Assembly (NCBI GenBank): GCA_031426475.1
Contig: JANPLJ010000133.1
Span: forward strand, 1 to 34,798
DNA: 34,798 nucleotides
Direction: 5' to 3'
DNA from: Pirellulaceae bacterium
Lineage (GTDB): Bacteria > Planctomycetota > Planctomycetia > Pirellulales > Pirellulaceae
Of the stretch, positions 16,088-24,231 are shown one piece after another. Every line of letters starts with the position of its first letter. Position 1 is the stretch's first letter. The notes under the pieces were generated by a model. It was given only the letters and a program-made list of their open reading frames with translations, was not told the origin of the DNA and searched no databases. Both the position numbers and the translations under genes were made by a program.

Positions 16088-17878
16088 ATGGAAATGGCTT
16101 CCGGAACACAGTTCCCGGTCCTGACAACAGAAAAGGAAGATGATCTAAAGATCACCTATCCTTTTCCGGTGGAAGACTGGACTGACCTGCGCAATGGGTA
16201 TAGCGCAGCAACAAGACGATGGCTTTACTTTCAGCGGAAATACTTCTGGGAGCGAATACTAGGTTGCATTTTACTGATCCCAGCGAGTCCTCTCGTACTA
16301 TTTCTGTGTGCCTTGGTAAGAATGCATTCCAAGGGCAATGCGTTGTACAAGCAAACACGAGTTGGGCATCGCGGAAAAACGTTTGAGATTCTGAAAATCC
16401 GAACGATGCATTGTGATGCTGAAGCCGACGGTGAAGCTAGATGGTGTACCAAGAACGACCCTCGTATTACTACTCTCGGCAAGATAATTCGGAAGTTGCA
16501 CTTGGATGAACTGCCTCAGTTGATCAATGTTGTGCGAGGCGAAATGACACTGGTCGGTCCACGTCCCGAGCGTCCGGTATTCGTTGATAAACTGAAGTTG
16601 TTGATTGCTGGTTACGACAGGAGGCATTCGGTGCTTCCCGGCATTACAGGCTTGGCTCAGATCAACCTGCCCCCAGATACATCGACGGCGGATGTGCGAC
16701 GAAAGCTATTCCTAGACCTTCGATATATCGACGAGGCCTGTTTTTGGCTCGATTTCCGAATGATCATGGCCTCCAGTGTTCGATTGCTTGGTGTTCCAGG
16801 CGCAATCGTTACACAGCTTCTAGGTTTGTTTCGTTCAGTGCCCGTATTTAAGGACCTGGATGTTTTAGACGACCTGCATGAGGCAGTTGCTCATACCGAC
16901 CAACAGGTACGGCGTGCGACCAAGAATCGCTCCCAGATTTCGGTGCGACCCTTCGTATTCCCGACGGGCGACCGGATTGATTCGCTTGAATCGAAATCGA
17001 CGCGACTTTCTGAAACGGTCCCGAACGCTCTTACCGTCGATGTGGAAGATTACTTTCAGGTTTCAGCGTTTGAGCATCAAGTAAAACGTGAAAAGTGGGA
17101 AGGTTTTGAAAGCCGTGTCGAAGCGAACACGGACAGACTTTTGAAACTCTTTCGCGAGAAGGAAGTGCACGGCACGTTTTTTGTGTTGGGATGGATCGCG
17201 GAAAAGTTTCCCGCATTGATCCAACGCATCGCGGATGCTGGCCACGAGATAGGATGCCATAGCTTTGATCACAGGCTGCTTTACAATTTGTCGCCAGGCG
17301 AGTTTCGTGAGGATCTGATTCGAAGTCGTGACGCCATCAAGAACGCTTGTGGAATCGAAGTTACCAGCTATCGTGCGCCAAGCTTTTCCGTCACCTCGAA
17401 ATCCCTTTTTGCCATTGGCACTTTGGTTGACGAAGGATTTATCCTGGATTCGAGCATCTTCCCGATCATGCATGATCGCTATGGAATGCCAGACTCAGTT
17501 CCTGATGTCCACCATCTTACGGTATCTGACAGCAAAATTATCGAATTCCCACCGTCCGTCTGGCAGTCTCCGTTTGGCAAGATTCCTATCGGAGGCGGCT
17601 ACTTTAGACTCGCACCTTATTGGGTTACGCAACGAGCCATACGAGGCATTCGCGATGCTGGGCGACCAGCGATGTTTTACGTGCATCCGTGGGAGATCGA
17701 TCCCGATCAACCGACCATTGCGAATGTGGGGTGGAAGAGCCATTTTCGGCACTACGTAGGACAAAAGTCGACTCTGGAGAAACTTTCTCGCTTACTCGAC
17801 GACCATCGTTTTGCACCTGTTTCGGAAGTACTATCATACGAGGTAATGTCAAATATTGAGTTGGAAGCCAACGTATAA
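16088..17878 (+). CDS. Fusion protein: polyprenyl-phosphate sugar-phosphate transferase (bacterial sugar transferase domain) plus PEP-CTERM-locus-type polysaccharide deacetylase
   Basis: Residues about 45-240 carry a re-entrant helix (ILGCILLIPASPLVLFLCAL) and the motifs YKQTRVGHRGKTFEILKIRTM, DELPQLINVVRGEMTLVGPRPERP and LPGITGLAQIN. Residues about 315-596 carry LTVDVEDYFQVSAFEH, HGTFFVLGWIAEKFP, GHEIGCHSFDH, SYRAPSFS and FYVHPWEIDPDQP, the pattern of the exosortase-locus deacetylase subfamily plus its C-terminal extension. It is one continuous ORF. Confidence 0.85.
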   Translation: MEMASGTQFPVLTTEKEDDLKITYPFPVEDWTDLRNGYSAATRRWLYFQRKYFWERILGCILLIPASPLVLFLCALVRMHSKGNALYKQTRVGHRGKTFEILKIRTMHCDAEADGEARWCTKNDPRITTLGKIIRKLHLDELPQLINVVRGEMTLVGPRPERPVFVDKLKLLIAGYDRRHSVLPGITGLAQINLPPDTSTADVRRKLFLDLRYIDEACFWLDFRMIMASSVRLLGVPGAIVTQLLGLFRSVPVFKDLDVLDDLHEAVAHTDQQVRRATKNRSQISVRPFVFPTGDRIDSLESKSTRLSETVPNALTVDVEDYFQVSAFEHQVKREKWEGFESRVEANTDRLLKLFREKEVHGTFFVLGWIAEKFPALIQRIADAGHEIGCHSFDHRLLYNLSPGEFREDLIRSRDAIKNACGIEVTSYRAPSFSVTSKSLFAIGTLVDEGFILDSSIFPIMHDRYGMPDSVPDVHHLTVSDSKIIEFPPSVWQSPFGKIPIGGGYFRLAPYWVTQRAIRGIRDAGRPAMFYVHPWEIDPDQPTIANVGWKSHFRHYVGQKSTLEKLSRLLDDHRFAPVSEVLSYEVMSNIELEANV

Positions 17879-17941
17879 ACTTAAGTAAGCAAGCAACTAC
17901 CTTCGTAAGAATTGCATCGAGTCTAGAAAGAACTTCCTCGC

Positions 17942-19231
17942 ATGACAACCATCCAGGCGATTCCTACATTCGACATCGGTGATGACGGGCAAGAAAAACC
18001 TCAGCTGCTAATGCTTACGCACCGCGTGCCTTTTCCTCCAGACAGGGGAGATAGGATTCGGTCATGGAACATCTTGCGTCACCTTTCTCGAAATGCCGAT
18101 GTCTCATTGGCGTGTGTTTCCAGTGAACCGATCCATCCCCAAGCAAAAGATGCCTTCAAAGAAGTCTGCCGACGCGTGGTTATCGCTGAAGTCGGCAATC
18201 GATCGCGATGGGTTCGAGCGTGCGCTTCGATGGCTTTCGGAAGATCCTTGACGGAAGGACTTTTTTGGTCTCCTTCACTTGCCTCCACCCTCGATCATTG
18301 GGCCGACGTGCTCCCGTTCGATGCTGCGTTGGTCTATTGCAGCAGCATGATGCAGTACGCTTGCCAAAAATCGCTCGCCAAGGTCCCACGGGTTGTCGAT
18401 TTGGTAGATGTTGACAGTCAGAAGTGGCAAGACTACGCCAATCGATCGCCTTTATGGAAACGACTTGTGTACCAATTGGAATCTCGGCGCGTTCGACGAC
18501 TGGAGCAGGAAATATCTAGGTCGGCGAATGCGGTAACGCTGGCAAGCGATGCTGAAGCGATGCTGTTTCGAGATTCGGTCTCGGGGAACGAGGCTGTTGT
18601 GCTTGGTATTAGCAACGGCGTCGATATCGACTTTTTTGATCCGTCGACAATTGAACGAGTACTCATCCCCAATCGACCCAAGACATCGTCGGGCGTTTCC
18701 AGATTTCGAATGGTTTTCGTTGGCGTTCTAGACTATTTGCCGAACGTGGATGGATTAAAGTGGTTTATCAATCAGGTTTGGGCAAAGCTAAAGGAATTGA
18801 TACCAGCGGCAACGCTCGAAATCGTCGGGCGCAATCCTAGTTCTGCCTTGAAGAAGCTATTGGAGCGAGAAGGGATCCGCGTCGTCGGTTCGGTAGACGA
18901 TGTCCGTCCCTATCTGGCAGGTGCGGATCTTGTGATTGCGCCGCTCTTGATTGCGAGGGGGATTCAGAATAAGGTTCTTGAAGCGATGGCCATGGGAAAG
19001 CCCGTCTTGGCGACGTCCTATGCTGCCGAGGGGATTGATGCCGAGCGAGACAAACACTTCGTGGTTGCGGATTCTGCGGCAGAATGGATTCAAGCCCTTG
19101 TGCGGCTTTTTAACAGGCCTGAGTTACAGGATCGTATTGGTGCAGCAGCGAGAAAGCTTATTCTGGAAGAATATACTTGGCCATCTCGTCTCGATCGACT
19201 GAACGTGCTATTAGGGATTGCAAACACTTAA
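17942..19231 (+). CDS. Glycosyltransferase (GT-B/GT4-like), PEP-CTERM/EpsH1-system-associated sugar transferase type
   Basis: The N-terminal box LLMLTHRVPFPPDRGDRIRSWNILRHLS matches the characteristic H-R-x-P-[FY]-P-P-x-x-G-D-[KR]-I-R motif of that family. The C-terminal GT1 region includes IAPLLIARGIQNKVLEAMAMGKPVLAT. Confidence 0.8.
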   Translation: MTTIQAIPTFDIGDDGQEKPQLLMLTHRVPFPPDRGDRIRSWNILRHLSRNADVSLACVSSEPIHPQAKDAFKEVCRRVVIAEVGNRSRWVRACASMAFGRSLTEGLFWSPSLASTLDHWADVLPFDAALVYCSSMMQYACQKSLAKVPRVVDLVDVDSQKWQDYANRSPLWKRLVYQLESRRVRRLEQEISRSANAVTLASDAEAMLFRDSVSGNEAVVLGISNGVDIDFFDPSTIERVLIPNRPKTSSGVSRFRMVFVGVLDYLPNVDGLKWFINQVWAKLKELIPAATLEIVGRNPSSALKKLLEREGIRVVGSVDDVRPYLAGADLVIAPLLIARGIQNKVLEAMAMGKPVLATSYAAEGIDAERDKHFVVADSAAEWIQALVRLFNRPELQDRIGAAARKLILEEYTWPSRLDRLNVLLGIANT

Positions 19232-19299
19232 AATCTCAACGACTCAAGCATCTGTGATATATTGCGATCGCGATGGATGCACCGTGATACTGGAAGCTT

Positions 19300-20439
19300 A
19301 TGACAGACAATCGAGTGCGAGTTGGCTTCGTCGTACATCAGATGCAGATTGCGGGCGCCGAAATTCTGATCTCGCAAATCATCGTTCGTTTGAAAGATGA
19401 AATTGCTCCGACGATTTTTTGTTTAGATGCAATCGGCGAACTCGGCTCAAAATTGGCAGAACAAGGAGTTCCGGTGGTTGTCCTGGATCGAAAGCCCGGT
19501 ATCGATCAGGGTCTTCCTTTTCGTCTTGCCAAGGAGATCAAGTCGCGGAGCATCGAGGTGGTGCATGCGCACCAATACACTCCGTTCTTCTATACGGCCC
19601 TCGCTCGGTTGACGGGATGTTGGGCGACCAAAATTGTTTTTACGGAACATGGTAGACATTTTCCCGATATCGTCTCCTGGAAACGACGGTTGGCGAATCG
19701 GTTCATCCTCTCTCAGTTTTCCAACGTGACAACGGCTTGTTGCGATTTTTCGACCGTGGCCTTGAAGCAGAAAGAAGGATTCTCACGAGCTTTCACTATC
19801 CCGAACGGCGTTGCGGTAGAAGATCTTCCTCCTCGCGGTACTCCGGATCAGCAGCGGGAACTACGAACGAAGCTGGGGCTTTGCAATGATCTTCAGTACG
19901 TCGCTTGTGTGGCTCGATTTCACCCGATCAAAGATCATGCGATGTTGCTGCGGGCTTGGGCCATTGTGCAGATGAAGGTTCCCAATGCGCGCTTGATTCT
20001 GGTAGGCGACGGATCCGAACGAGCTGCAATGGAGGAATTGTCACGTACATTGCGACTAGAGACGAGCGTTCAATTCTGGGGGATTCGGCACGACATTGGC
20101 GACATTCTTCGGGCCGTCGACCTTTTTGCTCTTTCCAGTATCAGTGAAGCGTCATCGCTTACCCTATTGGAAGCAATGGCTTGCGAATGTCCCGTCGTGG
20201 CCACCGATGTTGGGGGAAATAGCGAGCATTTTACCCACGGTGTGGAAGGCTATCTTGTTCCCAGAGGAGGCAGTCGAGAAATGGGGGAGAAACTGACGAA
20301 GTTGCTTCGGAACGACGAGGCGAGAGAGCAAATGGGCAGCTTCGCAAGGCGCCGCGTAGTTGATAAATTCGACTTGAAGGTGTCCGTAGCGCGCTATCAT
20401 GAAATCTACACTCAGTGGAGTAAGGACCGAGGAGTATGA
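19300..20439 (+). CDS. Glycosyltransferase family 4 (GT-B fold)
   Basis: The 379-aa protein has the C-terminal GT1 motif SISEASSLTLLEAMACECPVVATDVGGNSEHFTHGVEGYLVP. The N-terminal layout (VVLDRKPGID...VVHAHQY...FTEHGRH) recalls the second exosortase-locus transferase family, but I cannot verify that. Confidence 0.8.
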   Translation: MTDNRVRVGFVVHQMQIAGAEILISQIIVRLKDEIAPTIFCLDAIGELGSKLAEQGVPVVVLDRKPGIDQGLPFRLAKEIKSRSIEVVHAHQYTPFFYTALARLTGCWATKIVFTEHGRHFPDIVSWKRRLANRFILSQFSNVTTACCDFSTVALKQKEGFSRAFTIPNGVAVEDLPPRGTPDQQRELRTKLGLCNDLQYVACVARFHPIKDHAMLLRAWAIVQMKVPNARLILVGDGSERAAMEELSRTLRLETSVQFWGIRHDIGDILRAVDLFALSSISEASSLTLLEAMACECPVVATDVGGNSEHFTHGVEGYLVPRGGSREMGEKLTKLLRNDEAREQMGSFARRRVVDKFDLKVSVARYHEIYTQWSKDRGV

Positions 20440-21023
20440 GTTGGTTGACGAAAACGATTGCGAAATCGTTGGCTTTCACGCTGATACTGCCGTTGTGGAT
20501 ATCATTTCAAGTAGCTGCGTTGGTGAAATCGGCGGATGATTCGTTGGTGGGCCATTCTCAGCTACTGGCCCTGATACCAGGTCGTTTCGGATCGTATCTG
20601 CGTGTTGCGTTTTACCAGCTGGTCCTGGAATCATGCGACTCGACGGCCTGTATTGAGTTCGGATCGCTTTTTTCCAAAACGGGGGCGAAAATAGGGAAGC
20701 GAGCCTACATCGGTCCTTATTGCCAGATCGGTTTGGCAACGATCGAAGACGACGTCCTAATCGGTTCGTCTGTCCAAATCCCAAGCGGACCACGCACGCA
20801 CGGTTTTGAACGACTCGATTGCCTGATTCGCGAGCAACCCGGCATTCCCCAGCGCGTAACCATTGGAAAAGACAGTTGGATCGGGGTGGGATGTATTATC
20901 CTTGCGGACGTCGAGGCTCAGTCCGTAGTCGGTGCCGGTAGCGTAGTGACCAAATGTCACCCGACTCGGTCGGTTATCGCAGGAAACCCTGCCAAATTGC
21001 TGCGATCTAGGGATGTAGAGTAG
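20436..21023 (+). CDS. Left-handed beta-helix (hexapeptide-repeat) acyl/acetyltransferase with an N-terminal membrane helix
   Basis: Hexapeptide-type repeats are present: IGKRAYIGPYCQIGLATIEDDVLIGSSVQI and IGKDSWIGVGCIILADVEAQSVVGAGSVV, ending in IAGNPAKLL. The N-terminal hydrophobic segment is LAFTLILPLWISFQVAAL. An ATGA overlap links it to the upstream GT. Confidence 0.8.
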   Translation: MSWLTKTIAKSLAFTLILPLWISFQVAALVKSADDSLVGHSQLLALIPGRFGSYLRVAFYQLVLESCDSTACIEFGSLFSKTGAKIGKRAYIGPYCQIGLATIEDDVLIGSSVQIPSGPRTHGFERLDCLIREQPGIPQRVTIGKDSWIGVGCIILADVEAQSVVGAGSVVTKCHPTRSVIAGNPAKLLRSRDVE

Positions 21024-21253
21024 AGTCAAAACCGACAAGTTTGACCGGTTTTTGCCCAAACAACCGCTAAATCCCCTTTCGCCGAGCAGCATCTCATCAA
21101 TTAACCTTAGTCAATACGGCTTATCAATCCGCAATTTAGCGAGGACAATTATCCTATTCTGTAGTCGGCCTGCGCAGGTTTTTACCAAATACCCATGGGT
21201 TTGTGTCACCCAGAGGAACGAAGTCTGCGCAAATTCGATGCTTTTCCCGGAAA

Positions 21254-22051
21254 ATGACTGCGAAAGACGGCTCCTCAAACGAACTTTCACGCTTTTTGAG
21301 ACTTAACTTGAATCGACTCCTCAACGACATTTACCCCCAATTTGACTCGCATTGGCAGATGACGAACTGCGAACGCGTCGCTTTGATCGCCATCGCAGAG
21401 CAACTAAAGCCAGAATTGAGCTTGGAGATCGGAACGTACCTGGGTGGATCTCTTCAGGTCTTGTCGCGGTTCTCGCAGCAAGTCATTTCGGTCGACATCG
21501 ATTCGACCATTCCTGAAAAGCTCGCCGGAAAATTCTCGAACGTATCGTTTCAATCGGGCGACTCGGCGACTTGTTTGTCTGAAGTCGTCGATGGGTTGAA
21601 TCTCGATTCCAAGCACGTCGATTTTGTCCTCATCGACGGCGATCATTCGGAAGCGGGGGTACGACGGGATATCGAGTCTGTGTTGAGACTCGTGCCGCAG
21701 CGTCGGATGGTGATCATTCTCCACGATAGCTTCAATCCAGATTGTCGCGCTGGCATGCGAAACGCGAAATGGAATCGATGCCCCTACGTGCAATCGGTCG
21801 AAATCGATTTTATACCGGGTGTATATCATCAAGTCGCTTTTGATATGGCTCCTGCCCGTACCATGTGGGGCGGCTTTGCCTGTGCGGTTCTCGAACCGAT
21901 TCCTCGCAAGGGAGACTTGATCGTATCCGAAGCTCAACGTGGGCTTTTTGACGCTGTATTTGAACAGTCTGCTCACAAGGCGCCCATTCATTGGTCTCAA
22001 CAGATTCCGTCTGTATCTCGAGTCATGAAGTCCTTGCTCGTTAGAAAATAG
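21254..22051 (+). CDS. Class I SAM-dependent methyltransferase (Methyltransf_24/CmcI-like)
   Basis: The SAM motif is LSLEIGTYLGGSL followed by VISVDID, and then FVLIDGDHSEAGVRRDIE. The listed ORF starts at GTG 21203. The first ATG, at 21254, is taken as the start, but this is uncertain. Confidence 0.7.
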   Translation: MTAKDGSSNELSRFLRLNLNRLLNDIYPQFDSHWQMTNCERVALIAIAEQLKPELSLEIGTYLGGSLQVLSRFSQQVISVDIDSTIPEKLAGKFSNVSFQSGDSATCLSEVVDGLNLDSKHVDFVLIDGDHSEAGVRRDIESVLRLVPQRRMVIILHDSFNPDCRAGMRNAKWNRCPYVQSVEIDFIPGVYHQVAFDMAPARTMWGGFACAVLEPIPRKGDLIVSEAQRGLFDAVFEQSAHKAPIHWSQQIPSVSRVMKSLLVRK

Positions 22052-22058
22052 TTTTCGG

Positions 22059-22931
22059 ATGTCAGTCGAACCGCTGTCAATCATGCATCAAGAAGAGGAG
22101 CCCTGGGACTTGGTCATTCGACCACATGCATCCATCTTCTCGCTCAACCTTGCGGATATTTGGCGACACAGGGACCTGCTTTATCTTTTTACTCGGCGCG
22201 ATATCGTTGCATTCTATAAACAGACACTTCTCGGGCCATTGTGGTTCTTCATTCAACCGATTTTCACAACGCTAGTCTATGTCCTTATCTTTGGACAGAT
22301 TGCAAAGCTCTCAACGGACGGAGCTCCGCAAATTCTGTTCTACCTTTGTGGCATAACATTTTGGAACTATTTTTCTGAATGTTTCAACAAGACCGCTACG
22401 GTCTTTAGGGATAATGCCGCGCTGTTTGGCAAAGTCTATTTCCCTCGAATCATTGCACCGCTTTCGATCGTCTTGTCGAACTTGACTCGCTTTGCAATAC
22501 AGTTCTCTCTATTCTTGTTATGCCTTGGTTGGTATTTCTGGAACGGCGAAGTGCAGCCGAATGTAACTGCATTTATGTTGCCACTGATTCTGTTGATCAT
22601 GATTGCGATTGGACTCGCATGCGGAATGTTTTTCTCGGCCGTGACTACCAAGTACCGAGATATGGTTCACTTGTTGCAATTCGGCGTCCAGCTGCTCATG
22701 TACGCAACGCCGATAATTTATCCGTCTTCTCAGATGCCGACCAAAGTTGCTGCGGTTTTGTCATGGAACCCGTTAGCCCCACTTTTTGAAGCGGCACGTT
22801 TCGGATTTCTAGGTAAAGGCGAGTTTTCTCTGGTTGGAATCGCATATTCCGCCGTTTTTGCTTGCGTGTCACTTTTCGTTGCAACCGTAATCTTCAATCG
22901 AGTTGAACGAACGTTTATGGATACGGTATAA
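22059..22931 (+). CDS. wzm: ABC-2 type polysaccharide export permease (Wzm/TagG/KpsM family)
   Basis: The family entry motif is LLYLFTRRDIVAFYKQTLLGPLWFFIQPIFTTLVYVLIFG. About six TM segments are present, and the gene lies directly upstream of the Wzt-type ATPase. Confidence 0.85.
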   Translation: MSVEPLSIMHQEEEPWDLVIRPHASIFSLNLADIWRHRDLLYLFTRRDIVAFYKQTLLGPLWFFIQPIFTTLVYVLIFGQIAKLSTDGAPQILFYLCGITFWNYFSECFNKTATVFRDNAALFGKVYFPRIIAPLSIVLSNLTRFAIQFSLFLLCLGWYFWNGEVQPNVTAFMLPLILLIMIAIGLACGMFFSAVTTKYRDMVHLLQFGVQLLMYATPIIYPSSQMPTKVAAVLSWNPLAPLFEAARFGFLGKGEFSLVGIAYSAVFACVSLFVATVIFNRVERTFMDTV

Positions 22932-24231
22932 CGCAGTGAGCACGGTTATCCAGTTCCAGGATGTATCCAAGCAATATCGACTGGGAGAGGTGGGAACTGG
23001 CGCGCTCGCGGAAGATCTTCAGCGTGCCTGGGCAAAGCTACTAAGAAAACCCGATCCATTTGCAAAGCTCGGAGCCGAAAACGATCGAGAGAACAAAGGG
23101 GGGGACTATGTCTGGGCTCTCAAGGATGTTTCGTTCGAGGTCGCACAAGGGGAAGTCTTAGGTATTATCGGCCGCAACGGTGCCGGTAAAAGCACGCTCC
23201 TCAAACTGCTTTCGCGAATTACAGCACCGACAACGGGTACCATTAAGGCGCGTGGTCGAATCGCCAGTTTGTTGGAAGTGGGAACAGGGTTTCATCCCGA
23301 ATTGACAGGACGTGAGAATATCTACCTCAACGGTGCAATCCTCGGGATGAGTCGCAGCGAAGTATCAAAGCAACTGGACCAGATGATCGATTTCTCCGGC
23401 TGCGCGAAATATATAGATACCCCTGTTAAACGCTACAGCAGCGGCATGATCGTCAGGTTAGGCTTTGCAGTCGCCGCACACTTGGAATGCGAAATACTCG
23501 TCGTTGACGAAGTATTAGCCGTCGGCGATATCGAATTCCAACGAAAGTGCTTCGGGAAAATGAAGGATGTAGCGTCATGTGGACGAACGGTATTATTCGT
23601 TAGCCACAACATGGGTGCCGTTTCACAACTGTGTCAGCGGGGGATTGTCTTCGAACGCGGAAGAATCGCCATGGAAGACAGCGTCTCGGCGTGCGTTGAA
23701 AGATACCTCGCCGTTGATTCCGATGCGTTTGTTACCTTTACGGCCAAAGAGTCCTCTGCATTGAGCTTTCATTCCGTCCGGATCGTAAATCAGCGAGGAA
23801 CGACAACCAAGAGCTTCTTTTACGATGAACCGATCTGCATCGAGATGCGATATACGAACCGAGCTTGCGATCCATTTACCGAACTAGGCGTACGTATCCT
23901 TTCCCAAGAGGGAGTCATCGTTTTTACAACGCAGCGATCAAACCGTTTGTCAACGCAATTGTCGAACGAATCGAACCTGGCCAGGGTAACGATACCGGGT
24001 GGATTCCTAACCCCAGGCAACTACGCCATCACCATCGGAGCCCATGTTCCTCATAAGGAAATACTCGACCTTCGAGAATCTTCCGTAGGATTTCGAATCG
24101 AGGAAACAGGCAGTGAGTTTTCAAGCTATTCGACCGATCGATATGGGGTCGTTTTTTGCGAATGTGACTGGGAAGATCATTCGATTCAGACAGCTGCAGT
24201 CAATACGCAGGAATCTCATGACCGGCATTGA
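22903..24231 (+). CDS. wzt: Polysaccharide ABC exporter ATP-binding protein (Wzt/TagH family) with a C-terminal extension of about 180 aa
   Basis: Motifs present are GIIGRNGAGKSTLLK, GFHPELTGRENIYLNG, YSSGMIVRLGFAVAA and ILVVDEVLAVGD. The protein is 442 aa, against about 250 aa for the nucleotide-binding domain alone. The ATG at 22903 overlaps wzm by 29 nt; an in-frame GTG at 22936 is an alternative start. Confidence 0.85.
   Translation: MNERLWIRYNAVSTVIQFQDVSKQYRLGEVGTGALAEDLQRAWAKLLRKPDPFAKLGAENDRENKGGDYVWALKDVSFEVAQGEVLGIIGRNGAGKSTLLKLLSRITAPTTGTIKARGRIASLLEVGTGFHPELTGRENIYLNGAILGMSRSEVSKQLDQMIDFSGCAKYIDTPVKRYSSGMIVRLGFAVAAHLECEILVVDEVLAVGDIEFQRKCFGKMKDVASCGRTVLFVSHNMGAVSQLCQRGIVFERGRIAMEDSVSACVERYLAVDSDAFVTFTAKESSALSFHSVRIVNQRGTTTKSFFYDEPICIEMRYTNRACDPFTELGVRILSQEGVIVFTTQRSNRLSTQLSNESNLARVTIPGGFLTPGNYAITIGAHVPHKEILDLRESSVGFRIEETGSEFSSYSTDRYGVVFCECDWEDHSIQTAAVNTQESHDRH

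Noticed and set aside
21028-21053. Hairpin AAAACCG-N12-CGGTTTT after the acyltransferase gene as a rho-independent terminator
   Set aside because: The stem is only 7 bp and AT-rich, the loop is 12 nt, and the T-tract is part of the stem. It is too weak to annotate as a terminator and is mentioned only as a possible boundary marker.
21404-22084. 226-aa ORF on the minus strand
   Set aside because: It lies entirely antisense to the methyltransferase gene (21254-22051), which has clear SAM-binding motifs. The antisense product is Arg/Ser-rich with no motifs, so it is a shadow ORF.
24113-24217. Upstream extension of the second methyltransferase ORF
   Set aside because: It lies inside the wzt coding region in another frame. 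The ATG at 24218 gives a conventional short overlap.
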